From positions 286,470-350,469 of the IMG/VR virus record IMGVR_UViG_3300035180_001778: a DNA stretch of 64,000 nt. One strand, written 5' to 3'. The notes under the pieces are model-generated. The model had not been told where the DNA came from and ran no database searches. It worked only from the letters and a program-made list of their open reading frames with translations. A program made the position numbers and the translations under genes. Of the stretch, positions 53,900 to 62,660 are shown one piece after another (position 1 is the first letter of the stretch; every line of letters begins with the position of its first letter).

Positions 53900-54508
53900 T
53901 TGCCTCTTTCGTGGCTTGCTTGGGTGGGGTATGCCATGCAAGGGGGCGTCGCCTTCTTGGCGTACAGTCACGCCAAGAAGGCGACGTTTCATAGACCCTT
54001 CGCGTATTATGCGCTCTGGGTAGCCCTTGTTGACTTCGGTCGGGTCTTTCTCGAAATGACGAGACCTCATCGAGGTCTGATGTTCGTCCTCGATGAGGTC
54101 TCGTTCCTCTCACTCCCAGCCGGCCTCTGCGTGGCGGTCATACGCACAATCCGAAAGCAGTGGAGTTGGGTTCCCATCGGAGCTTGTCTGGGGGTTACCG
54201 CGGCGATTGCCTTTGGGTATCCCTACTCAGCGAGCTCCTGGGTTTACGCCGTGGTTCAGGCTGTCAGCGTGGGTGTGGGCTGGTTCTATATCGGGCGGGC
54301 ACTCTGGAGAGGGAAGTGCTGGTTGGGTCTCACCGAACAGGCCTTCATGGCATATCTGTCGGCGGAGACTGCGGTGCTTGGGGGGTACTGCTTTGCGAAT
54401 TGGCCGGCGGCCTTGGGCTTGATGTTCGCGTTGAACATTGGCCTCTTGGCGCTTCATCTGGCCTGGGAAGCCAGCATGCGGGTCAAGTCTAGACAGTCGT
54501 ACGACTAA
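53900..54508 (+). CDS. multi-pass membrane protein
   Basis: About 6-7 TM segments; resembles 37126-37713; start uncertain. Confidence 0.7.
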   Translation: MPLSWLAWVGYAMQGGVAFLAYSHAKKATFHRPFAYYALWVALVDFGRVFLEMTRPHRGLMFVLDEVSFLSLPAGLCVAVIRTIRKQWSWVPIGACLGVTAAIAFGYPYSASSWVYAVVQAVSVGVGWFYIGRALWRGKCWLGLTEQAFMAYLSAETAVLGGYCFANWPAALGLMFALNIGLLALHLAWEASMRVKSRQSYD

Positions 54509-54999
54509 ACATTTTCAAAGATGTAGTTGAGGTGATCGCGGGGAGCTTCTGCCTTATCTACTTTCGGGGCGCCTTCAAGCTCATCGACGATCTCTCGGGC
54601 ACGGGTTCGTGCCCATTCCAGAAAGAGCGCTGCTCTTTTCTGCTCGACCTCGACTGTCTTGATCTCTTCTTTGATCCGATTCAGATGCCCGATCCGGCTC
54701 CGTCGGATCATGGTGTGCGCTTCGGTCAGAGAGAACGTGGTTGTGGACTTGGCACAACATTTAGCAATACTGTAGTCCCGAATGTACTCGGCGTTCTTGG
54801 GGGTATTCAAGACAACGCTGGACTCAACCCATACCAGCTTGGGGTTCTTGATGTTCCAAGACTCCCGGTTGCTGCCTGTACACTCGACGAGCCAAATCGC
54901 ACTGGGCTTGTCCCAATCGCCAGTAGCCACGAGGTAGAGTCGATCCGGCTCTCCCTTCAAGATGGCCCAGTCGGAGTCCAGGTCGACGTCGTCTTCCAT
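54505..54999 (-). CDS. hypothetical protein
   Basis: 164-aa ORF. Confidence 0.75.
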   Translation of the reverse strand: MEDDVDLDSDWAILKGEPDRLYLVATGDWDKPSAIWLVECTGSNRESWNIKNPKLVWVESSVVLNTPKNAEYIRDYSIAKCCAKSTTTFSLTEAHTMIRRSRIGHLNRIKEEIKTVEVEQKRAALFLEWARTRAREIVDELEGAPKVDKAEAPRDHLNYIFENV

Positions 55000-55002
55000 G
55001 GC

Positions 55003-55764
55003 TCAGTCCTTGGACGAGGCGAAGATCCGCAGCAAGTTCAGGAAGAGGTTGAGGACGTCCAGGTAGAGGTTCAGCGCGTCCCCGATCGGATCGCTGTAGT
55101 CGGACTTCAGCAGGATCTTCGACGTGTCGTAGAGGATGAACCCGAGGAAGACGAGGACACCCGCGCTCGCAACTGCCAGGTGGAAGACCTCAGCCTGGAC
55201 GAAGAACCCGAGAACGCCGGCTGCGATGAGGACGAAGAGCCCCGACATCAGGAAGCCGCCCCAGGCGGAGAAGTCCTTCCGCGTCGTCAAGACGTAGGCG
55301 GTGAGCCCGACGAAGGCACTCACCGTGAGCACCCCAGCGTGGAGGATGGGGTTCGGGGAGAGCGTGTGCCCGTGGCTCGCGGAGAGCTGGGCAATGAAGA
55401 GCGACGGCCCGATGAAGGCCCCCGAGAACGCCGAGAAGCTGAAGAAGAGCACCGCGTTCAGTCCCTTCACACGGCTGAAGAACATCGCTCCGAGGCCGAG
55501 GGCAAAGAACATCCCGATGGCCATGAAGGGATGCGCCTCCATGTCGGCGACGAGGTTCGGGACCATCGCCTGCTTGTCTCCCTGAACCAGGAGCCTCTCT
55601 CCGAAGCCCGTCAAGGAGTACCAGGCCATGCCGGCTGTGAGCATCAGGCCTACAGTCAACCAGGCGTACACCTTGCGGAGGTAGACGGTTTCGTCGACTT
55701 GGGGTCGGTCTTTGAGGTGGTAGTACGCCCGAAATCGATCTCGGTAGCCATCGTTGCTTTGCAT
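55003..55764 (-). CDS. Bax inhibitor-1/YccA family membrane protein
   Basis: LRKVY..L…TRKDFS.WG.FL…F.G.ILYDT..I…A.L.LYLD.LNLF..LL.IF; start by GGTGTA-N10-ATG. Confidence 0.92.
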   Translation of the reverse strand: MQSNDGYRDRFRAYYHLKDRPQVDETVYLRKVYAWLTVGLMLTAGMAWYSLTGFGERLLVQGDKQAMVPNLVADMEAHPFMAIGMFFALGLGAMFFSRVKGLNAVLFFSFSAFSGAFIGPSLFIAQLSASHGHTLSPNPILHAGVLTVSAFVGLTAYVLTTRKDFSAWGGFLMSGLFVLIAAGVLGFFVQAEVFHLAVASAGVLVFLGFILYDTSKILLKSDYSDPIGDALNLYLDVLNLFLNLLRIFASSKD

Positions 55765-55859
55765 GCGTCTCTTGTACACCATGCCCATGGTTTTGGCTGT
55801 GTCTGAAAATCGACGTCCTGAATTTCCTTCTTCGGGTGTAGGGAGGAAGGGTAATTTTA

Positions 55860-56248
55860 TGCTCGATGAAGCCAGCGCAGACCGAAACACAGAGGTTATG
55901 CCCCCCATGACCATCCTGCCCCCGCCGCAGCCAACCCGCATCATCGACGCCTTCGAGGTGCGTGGATGCAAAACCCCTGAAACCCAGGGGACCTACCACA
56001 TCTGCGTCACCGAAGACGAGGTCACCGCTCGCGAGTTTGCTCGCGGGAAGGGTGTGGGTGGGGGTGAAGGATTTGTTCGCCCGGTTCGCGTTTTGGTGGA
56101 TGACGGGATGGTCGGGCACATCATCAAGATCGGCGAGCCGGTCGTTGTGCTGCCTCGCATCATGTCCGTGGACCAGGTGCGTCAGAGAGCGCTCTCCAAG
56201 CTCGATTCGGCAGAGCGTGCCGCTTTGGGGATCAACGATCCGGTGTAA
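55860..56248 (+). CDS. hypothetical protein
   Basis: Ends ALSKLDSAERAALG; start uncertain. Confidence 0.7.
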
Positions 56249-56339
56249 GCTATTCCTCGTGTAAATCAGCTCCCGACAACTGCACGCGAACCTTCATGAC
56301 CTCGATCGTCCCTGGCAGAGAGCCGCAGAGACAGACTTC

Positions 56340-57026
56340 GTGGATCTGAGGGGGCGGGGTCAACCGCTCATCCTGACCCTCCGCGAGGGCTGTGACATCG
56401 GCGCTCTTTTGAGCGAGCGGCCGTACGAGAACATCATCCCCGTGCGGGTCTGGGATAATTTCGAGATGGGGGAGGTTGCTCGGAACACTCCTTCCCTGCC
56501 CTTCTACTTGATGACGGCGTTGAATGCTGTCGTTGAGAGTCGGACTCGGAATCGCCGTTTCAATGACGATTCCGAGTCCGTGCGAGACGCCTGGCGGCAG
56601 TACGTGAACGTCATGTCGCATACGACCCGTGGCGTCCGTAGAGACCTCGACCCCGAGTCTTATGCCGTCGAACTCGAACAGTCGATGCGGGCTGCGACAG
56701 ACAGCCACACGGTCTGGTACGAATACGTGAACACAGCCCCGGAATTTCTCGCGTCGGGGATGCGCGTCCGGGATCAAAATCCCCTGTTTGTCTTCGCGTT
56801 CGAGGACATGCACCTTGCGCCTCAATCAGAACATGAACTGCGGCGGGCGCTTCGACAACTCAGCCACCCTCGGCTTTGCTACGTCTTTTCGAGGACTGGG
56901 GAATACAGGGTCGATCATGGGTGCTGTCCGATCGAAGCTCCTGTGCAGGTTGCGACCCCGGCGAAGCCCGTCGTTCCCCATCTCTCGACGTTCGGCCGCG
57001 CGCTCTTGGGGGAGGATGAATTTTGA
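56340..57026 (+). CDS. hypothetical protein
   Basis: 228 aa; ends STFGRALLGEDEF. Confidence 0.7.
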   Translation: MDLRGRGQPLILTLREGCDIGALLSERPYENIIPVRVWDNFEMGEVARNTPSLPFYLMTALNAVVESRTRNRRFNDDSESVRDAWRQYVNVMSHTTRGVRRDLDPESYAVELEQSMRAATDSHTVWYEYVNTAPEFLASGMRVRDQNPLFVFAFEDMHLAPQSEHELRRALRQLSHPRLCYVFSRTGEYRVDHGCCPIEAPVQVATPAKPVVPHLSTFGRALLGEDEF

Positions 57027-57247
57027 ACATCTTCGCGATCTTCCACACGAAGGACCGGATGATCGTTCTCATCAAGGGCTTGCCGGAGACGCCCATCAAT
57101 GTGGGGGACTTCCTGCATCAAGGGGATCGATCCTGGCAGCTCGTGGGGATCGACTTTCCTCGACACCCGAGACCGAAGGATGAGGTGGGGCTCATCCTTC
57201 GCGGGGAAGGCATCCCCAAGCTGGACGCGATCGAGTATCGTGGCTGA
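57023..57247 (+). CDS. small beta-rich protein
   Basis: 74 aa; TTGA overlap. Confidence 0.6.
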   Translation: MNIFAIFHTKDRMIVLIKGLPETPINVGDFLHQGDRSWQLVGIDFPRHPRPKDEVGLILRGEGIPKLDAIEYRG

Positions 57248-57265
57248 GTGGTGTAAAGGTATCCC

Positions 57266-58051
57266 ATGCCCACACCCCCCAAGAGTCTCGAAGAACGTTG
57301 CATGAATCAGGTTCAAGAGGCGCGGAGCAGCTTCCTCAAGCTGCTCCAGGACCTCGACGTGAACCTTGCCCTCAGCGTCAAGCAAGAGGCGGACGATAGG
57401 TACGCCGAGCTGGTCGCCTCACAGTCCGCCGCCAAGAAGCAGGACAAGGCCGCGCGAGACGCAGAGGAAGCCAAGCTTCTGGCGTTGGTCCCGCCGGAGC
57501 TGAAGGACCGCGAGGCCTTCCAACAGTTCTGCTACGAGATGGAGACGGACTGCGGAGTCAAAGCGACCGCGTCGATGATGATGTACGATGACCAGCTCAC
57601 GAAACACGAGTCGGAGAAGCAGACTCGCATGTGGGGCTTCTACGGGCTGCTCGTGAGCTTCGTTCCCGTCATCGGCATCCTCGCCCATCACGGATGGGGC
57701 CCCGAGAACTACCGCCTCTGGATCGTGATCGTCAGCATGATCGTGGCGTTCATCGCGACGGCCGTCAGCAACGACTTCTACTTCAAGGCGATTCGGCGAG
57801 ACCTTGGGGAGTATCGCGCGATCTCTGCCAGCTTCAGGCTCCTCGCTCAAGAAGCGCAGAAGGGGTACAAGGTCGACGCGGTGACCATCGCGACCCAGAA
57901 CGACCTTCTGTCCAAGATCACCTCTCTGAACAACAATCGTCGGGATCTGGAGAAGGTTTTCACTCCCACGTTGAACTTCCTCAAGAAGGCTCAAGAAGAG
58001 AACATCGTCTCTCAGGACGAGCGCACGATTCCGTCTCTTCGGCTCATCTGA
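57266..58051 (+). CDS. coiled-coil + 2-TM protein (SLATT-like topology)
   Basis: Two TM helices followed by a long helix; GGTGTA-N10-ATG. Confidence 0.65.
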   Translation: MPTPPKSLEERCMNQVQEARSSFLKLLQDLDVNLALSVKQEADDRYAELVASQSAAKKQDKAARDAEEAKLLALVPPELKDREAFQQFCYEMETDCGVKATASMMMYDDQLTKHESEKQTRMWGFYGLLVSFVPVIGILAHHGWGPENYRLWIVIVSMIVAFIATAVSNDFYFKAIRRDLGEYRAISASFRLLAQEAQKGYKVDAVTIATQNDLLSKITSLNNNRRDLEKVFTPTLNFLKKAQEENIVSQDERTIPSLRLI

Positions 58052-58073
58052 ACCCCAGAAAGCATCGAATCTC

Positions 58074-58919
58074 ATGTGCATGACCCTCGCTCCCGCCACC
58101 CTCTCCAAGACCATCCTCTACGCTGCCGAGCTGCCTGACCCCAAGGGCGGTGTGCTGCACACGCTCGGCTACGGCAACACGGCCGTGAGCGTCGGTCCGA
58201 ATGCGATGCTCTTGCCGATCCCCTCGAAGACCCCGATGGGCCCCGAGAACATCATCGACACGCGTTCGGCCAAGAACTTCCTCAAGGACATGGTGGAAGC
58301 CATCACACCCAAGACGCGAGGCTTCGCGCGTTCGTTGGGAGTCGACGGCCTCACCAAGGGGATCCAGGTCTTCGACAGCGGGTCCTACACGGTCGTGCTC
58401 GCGGAGGATGCGAGCGCCATCCCGTCCGCGCTCGGGTTCGTGCCCATGGCCAAGCGTCCGAAGATCAACCGGGACATCTTCGACGCCTACGCCCGGCTCT
58501 ACCCCAACTCGCAGTTCGCTCTGTGTTGCTGGAGCGGGCTTGTGGACGCGGAGCCCCTGCTCTGGTGGTACAAGCCGACGGACACCGAGAACCTCTTCCT
58601 CCCGGGCCTGGATGGGCACGATGGCCGTGCGCCGAACCTCAATGCCGACGTGACCACGGACCACGCTCTCATCGTCGGAACGGAGCTTCGAGCGATGTCT
58701 CAAGCGAGCCCCGTCCACTACACGGACTGGCGTATGGGCTCGAACGTCACACCCTATCTCGCGACCCGCGTGGCAGGGATGAAGACCCAGCGCTCCATGC
58801 GCAATGGGGACTGGTACTTCCCCATCCGGAACTTCTCTCGTCTCGGCTACGAGGGGCAGAACACCAACCTGTTCGAGCGCGTCGTCCCCGGTACGAGCTG
58901 GGCCATCGAAGCGCAGTAG
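58074..58919 (+). CDS. conserved hypothetical protein
   Basis: Y.N.A….PNAMLLP.P…FD.GSYTVVLA…P..DGHDG..P. Confidence 0.75.
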   Translation: MCMTLAPATLSKTILYAAELPDPKGGVLHTLGYGNTAVSVGPNAMLLPIPSKTPMGPENIIDTRSAKNFLKDMVEAITPKTRGFARSLGVDGLTKGIQVFDSGSYTVVLAEDASAIPSALGFVPMAKRPKINRDIFDAYARLYPNSQFALCCWSGLVDAEPLLWWYKPTDTENLFLPGLDGHDGRAPNLNADVTTDHALIVGTELRAMSQASPVHYTDWRMGSNVTPYLATRVAGMKTQRSMRNGDWYFPIRNFSRLGYEGQNTNLFERVVPGTSWAIEAQ

Positions 58920-58921
58920 CA

Positions 58922-59113
58922 GTGCCTAAATCCCCCTACCGTGAAGCCCCAAAAGTCCCTCGGACTCCAATCCGATGCTGTTGGGGGTATCACAGATGGT
59001 ACATCGATTCGCGTCGGATCGAGTCGAGGCAACCCTTGGGGGCTAAGGTGCAAGTGACCCTTAGATTGTGCATGTTCTGCACGCGAGAATGGAAAGAAGA
59101 AGTAGAACTGTGA
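58922..59113 (+). CDS. small Cys/His protein
   Basis: CCWGYHRW…CMFC; GTGA-coupled. Confidence 0.55.
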   Translation: MPKSPYREAPKVPRTPIRCCWGYHRWYIDSRRIESRQPLGAKVQVTLRLCMFCTREWKEEVEL

Positions 59114-59946
59114 CGGCCCCTTTGACCCCCGAAGAAGAAGCGTCCTGTCACATTCACATCTGGCGGTGCAAGGGGCGAACAGCCTCGGGGAACGACTACG
59201 AGGGACACCTCCATGCCGAACCCGGAGGCTATGACGTCGGGTTCGGCATGATCCCGCTCAATACCCAGCTCCCCTTCGCAACCTTCGAGGAGGCAAAGGA
59301 GTATTGCCTGGCGTTCCAATTCATGCTGGGGGTGGTGATCAAGGCTCTCCGAAAAGGGCCTTGCGACAACGGCCTCCCTACGAACCTCAAGGACTTGAAT
59401 GAGGTCGATATCTTCGGGGGACGTGACGCCCACATCGCAGCCGAGGAGTGGCTCAAGAACGTCGAGGGCTTCGACGCCAAATACCAGGTGATCGGCGACC
59501 TCCGGAAGTGTCGCTATGGGTGGATCGCTCGATGGGGCACCCAGGAAGCTTGGCACGAGTGGGGCGGCAAATCGGACTGGTATCGCTGGGAGGGGGAATG
59601 CCCTCCCTACAACAGGGAGCACAACTTCCTGTTGGTGGTGCCTCCCACGGGGAAGGTGTACCAGCTCACCTGGGGATTGACCTTGGAGAGCATGTACACG
59701 GAACTGCTGAAAGAGTTCCCCGAGATCACGCAAGTCTACGGGGTCAGTCCCGACTACGACCTCCTCATGACGGCTGGGATCGCGGATTTCCAGGCTTCCA
59801 ATGCGGTGGCGGGGAGCCCGGTCTACCTTCGGCAAGTCCACGCGGATGCCATGCGGAAGAGCTTCAACCCGAAGTACCGTGTGGAAGTTCTGACTACTCT
59901 CCGCCGGCTCGCATTGGCCGCGGGGGTGGATCTGAGCATTCCCTGA
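59110..59946 (+). CDS. hypothetical protein
   Basis: 278-aa ORF. Confidence 0.75.
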   Translation: MTAPLTPEEEASCHIHIWRCKGRTASGNDYEGHLHAEPGGYDVGFGMIPLNTQLPFATFEEAKEYCLAFQFMLGVVIKALRKGPCDNGLPTNLKDLNEVDIFGGRDAHIAAEEWLKNVEGFDAKYQVIGDLRKCRYGWIARWGTQEAWHEWGGKSDWYRWEGECPPYNREHNFLLVVPPTGKVYQLTWGLTLESMYTELLKEFPEITQVYGVSPDYDLLMTAGIADFQASNAVAGSPVYLRQVHADAMRKSFNPKYRVEVLTTLRRLALAAGVDLSIP

Positions 59947-59970
59947 AGAATTTGTGGTAGACCTCTTGAC

Positions 59971-60144
59971 ATGACTACCAAGATCAAGACCGACGTGTGC
60001 CTCAACTGCGGAGCCCCCGCATACACCACCAAAGGGGGCACCACGGTTCCCTTGTGCTCCTCGTGTGCCGGGAAGACGAGCCCGGCGAGAGGCGTCAAGA
60101 TGGTGGGCACCCCCAAGACGAAGCTGCCCCCGAATCCGGTGTAG
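59971..60144 (+). CDS. 57-aa Zn-finger protein (not in ORF track)
   Basis: CLNCG…CSSC. Confidence 0.65.
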   Translation: MTTKIKTDVCLNCGAPAYTTKGGTTVPLCSSCAGKTSPARGVKMVGTPKTKLPPNPV

Positions 60145-60153
60145 AGGGGAGGG

Positions 60154-60831
60154 ATGCCTCGCTTCTACTGCGTCCAGTATCGTGCGTCCCGAGCTGGGTG
60201 GGTCGATCTCCCGTCCCTCGCTTCTGTGCATGAGCATGAGGCGATTCAAAGCAGCCACACCTTCTCAGAGATGAATGGTGTGTGTACGCGAGTGATTCGC
60301 AAGCCCCACGGTTGGGTGCCTGTCGTGACGACCCCTGCGATTGAAAGCCCCGTTCGAACGGGGCTTTCAATCGCAGGGGCTCTACGTCATCTGCGGCAAG
60401 AAGGCCTCACCTGTCAGTCGAGAGATCCTAACTTGACGGGTGTCTCTCTCCACATCATGGGAGGGCCACGTACCTCTATCGCAGGAGGCATCTTGTTGTA
60501 CCATGATGCCTTCAGCATTTTCCAGTCCGAGGAGGGAGAGGACTTTGAGGTGGGCTTCGTTGGGGCGCAGGGACGACCTGACCGCGATGTCCACGTTGCT
60601 ACTTTGGTTCAAGCGGTCGGCACCGTTCTCGAAGAATACGCTAACCGCCGTCCTCCTTGGGTTGACGGTGTCGAGCTTCAAGCTGCGAATACCCCGTCTC
60701 TCACAGACGCTCAGCTCCGGCGACGTGACGAAAAACTGCGTCGTCGAGCTGAAGCGGAGTACAATCGACGTCCCACATTTTGGGATCAGCTCGATTCCCC
60801 CGAGTTCGGTGTAAACCCAAAAGGTGACTGA
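60154..60831 (+). CDS. hypothetical protein with W-tail
   Basis: GGTGTA-N10-ATG; ends RPTFWDQLDSPEFGVNPKGD. Confidence 0.7.
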   Translation: MPRFYCVQYRASRAGWVDLPSLASVHEHEAIQSSHTFSEMNGVCTRVIRKPHGWVPVVTTPAIESPVRTGLSIAGALRHLRQEGLTCQSRDPNLTGVSLHIMGGPRTSIAGGILLYHDAFSIFQSEEGEDFEVGFVGAQGRPDRDVHVATLVQAVGTVLEEYANRRPPWVDGVELQAANTPSLTDAQLRRRDEKLRRRAEAEYNRRPTFWDQLDSPEFGVNPKGD

Positions 60832-61228
60832 ACTGAACGTTCTCTATGTTCCGCCTCGGAAGCCGGCCCTCCAGATCATCGGGGAGTCGTGCGACAAGGC
60901 CGAAGCTCAAGGGATCCAGCTCGACCGCGGAGCGATGTTCGATTGGACGGGTCCGGACAAGAATGTCCCCGTTCGATGTACCGCTCTGGGCGCTGTCCTG
61001 TGGGCTTTCGATCTGGCCACGAGCGCACAGGCCTGGACGCATCTGAAGACCATCCTCAAGGTCGATGACGCCTGGCTCTACCGTTTTTCTATCGGCTGGG
61101 ACAACCGGGTGGGGTTGCTCATCGTGGATCACGAGTTCAAGGTCTTGGGCAAGGATACCGTGAGTCACGCTGCGCTCAGCATGACCAAGGCCCGCGTGCG
61201 CAAGACCCCCCAGGAGATCGGATTGTAA
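60824..61228 (+). CDS. hypothetical protein
   Basis: GGTGTA-N10-GTG; 134 aa. Confidence 0.7.
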   Translation: MTELNVLYVPPRKPALQIIGESCDKAEAQGIQLDRGAMFDWTGPDKNVPVRCTALGAVLWAFDLATSAQAWTHLKTILKVDDAWLYRFSIGWDNRVGLLIVDHEFKVLGKDTVSHAALSMTKARVRKTPQEIGL

Positions 61229-61790
61229 TGACTCTTTCGAAAGAAGCATTGGCGGACATCATGCAGCACTACCCCGCCCCGCTCGTCGGGCTCGCCATTG
61301 GGGATGCTCTCGGAGCGCCGTTCGAGAAGCCCTCCAGCAAGTCCCACATCGTCGACCAGGACCTTCTCACCTGGAAGGGGAGTACCGCGACTCTCGTGGG
61401 GGCTACCACGACCAGGAAGCCGGGGAGTGGACGGACGACACTCAGATGTCGCTCGCGCTCGCAGGGGCTTTGGTGAAGCGACGGGGGTTCGACCCTCGCA
61501 CGGTGGCCCATTCCTACCTCGATTGGTTCCAATACACGAACTGTCGGGGCATTGGCGGGACGACGAAGAAGGCATTGGAGACCTTCGCCCGGGATTTTGA
61601 CCCTGAGACGTGTGGGGTCATCGGCTCCGAGGGAAATGGGACGGCAATGCGTGCCACCCCGATCGGGATGTACTACTGCCATCGGCCCCTCGACGAGGGA
61701 ATGGCTGTGGCTCGTAGGGATGCGGTGCTCACCCATCGCTCCCTGGAGGCCGAGGAAGGCTCGGCGGCGTCGCGCAGAACGAGACGAGCC
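61228..61790 (+). pseudogene. ADP-ribosylglycohydrolase (ARH/DraG), frameshifted and 3' truncated
   Basis: GLAIGDALGAPFE; GEWTDDTQMS; GIGGTT; GNGTAMR; THRS..A. Frameshift at G4 near 61378; no C-terminal DxD motif. Confidence 0.8.
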
Positions 61791-62044
61791 TCATCGTGCG
61801 TCCGGCCATCGGCTGGGCTGTTCGCGACGAAGAAGCCGCGAAGTAGCTCATGGGCTACATCCTCCGTCGTGACGTGGCACCGGGATCCGACATCAGTTGG
61901 ATCCGGAAATATTGGTGGGCGGGGGATACCGAAGGCTGGGTTGACGTGCGCTATCGGGCCTTCTCCTACAGCACTCGGGAGAAGGTCCGAACCGCTCAAG
62001 AAGCCCTGAAAATGCTGGCGAAGGTCGAAGAGACCGAGGGGAGA

Positions 62045-62335
62045 TCAAGGTCTTCCGTCGCAAATGAGGGCTAGTACTCCGATGGGAGAGGTCGTGACCG
62101 AACGGTCCGCCTCCGTGATGATCCAGAGGGATCGCTCCTCTCCGAGCTTGTAGACGCTCAGGAGGCGGGAACCCTCTTTGAGGGCCCGATCGTTCTCGCG
62201 ACGGTCATGGGCATACACGTCGCCCCAGTCCCCGGTCTCGTGGCGCTTGAGGCACGCGAGCATCTCTTCCTTGGTGAACTTCTCCTGGCACCCAGGGGTG
62301 CAAAGCAGACGGCCGAGTTCGAACTTGGACTTCAT
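62045..62335 (-). CDS. conserved small plasmid/phage protein
   Basis: F.LG….TPG…L.RH..GDWG.V…D…N..AL..G.RLLS.Y…WIITEADRSVTT; promoter at N8. Confidence 0.75.
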   Translation of the reverse strand: MKSKFELGRLLCTPGCQEKFTKEEMLACLKRHETGDWGDVYAHDRRENDRALKEGSRLLSVYKLGEERSLWIITEADRSVTTSPIGVLALICDGRP

Positions 62336-62342
62336 GCTCTGA

Positions 62343-62428
62343 CTACAAAAAGGTGGAGAGCCGGATCAACCTGTCATGTCTCGCCGCTTGTGGCTGGGGG
62401 GTTGATCCGGCTCTCCCTCGGCATGTAG
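62343..62428. promoter_or_regulatory. divergent promoter pair
   Basis: 62343-62371 (minus) and 62400-62428 (plus), 16-nt spacers. Confidence 0.85.
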
Positions 62429-62459
62429 AACCCGCGGACAGATCCGCAAGAGGCGACGC

Positions 62460-62660
62460 ATGGCTAAAGGAATTCTGGATCAGAACTACATCGTGGAAAT
62501 CCGCGGTGGGCGGCCGACCCTCATGGGACCCTACCGTGACTGGGCGGATCGTCGTCGAGCTTACCTGGAGATGCTGGAAGATGGCCGCCAGGTCATCTAC
62601 ATCGACGCCACGGGTCCGCTTTCTGTGGGAACCCACAACCCTGAAGAGGAACACGGTTGA
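62460..62660 (+). CDS. hypothetical protein
   Basis: 66 aa; stop within GGTTGATC. Confidence 0.75.
   Translation: MAKGILDQNYIVEIRGGRPTLMGPYRDWADRRRAYLEMLEDGRQVIYIDATGPLSVGTHNPEEEHG

Noticed and set aside
49640-55860. A T-rich late promoter (TCTTAT/TTTTAT) upstream of 49640, 49702, 53706 and 55860
   Set aside because: Too few copies and inconsistent spacing to support.
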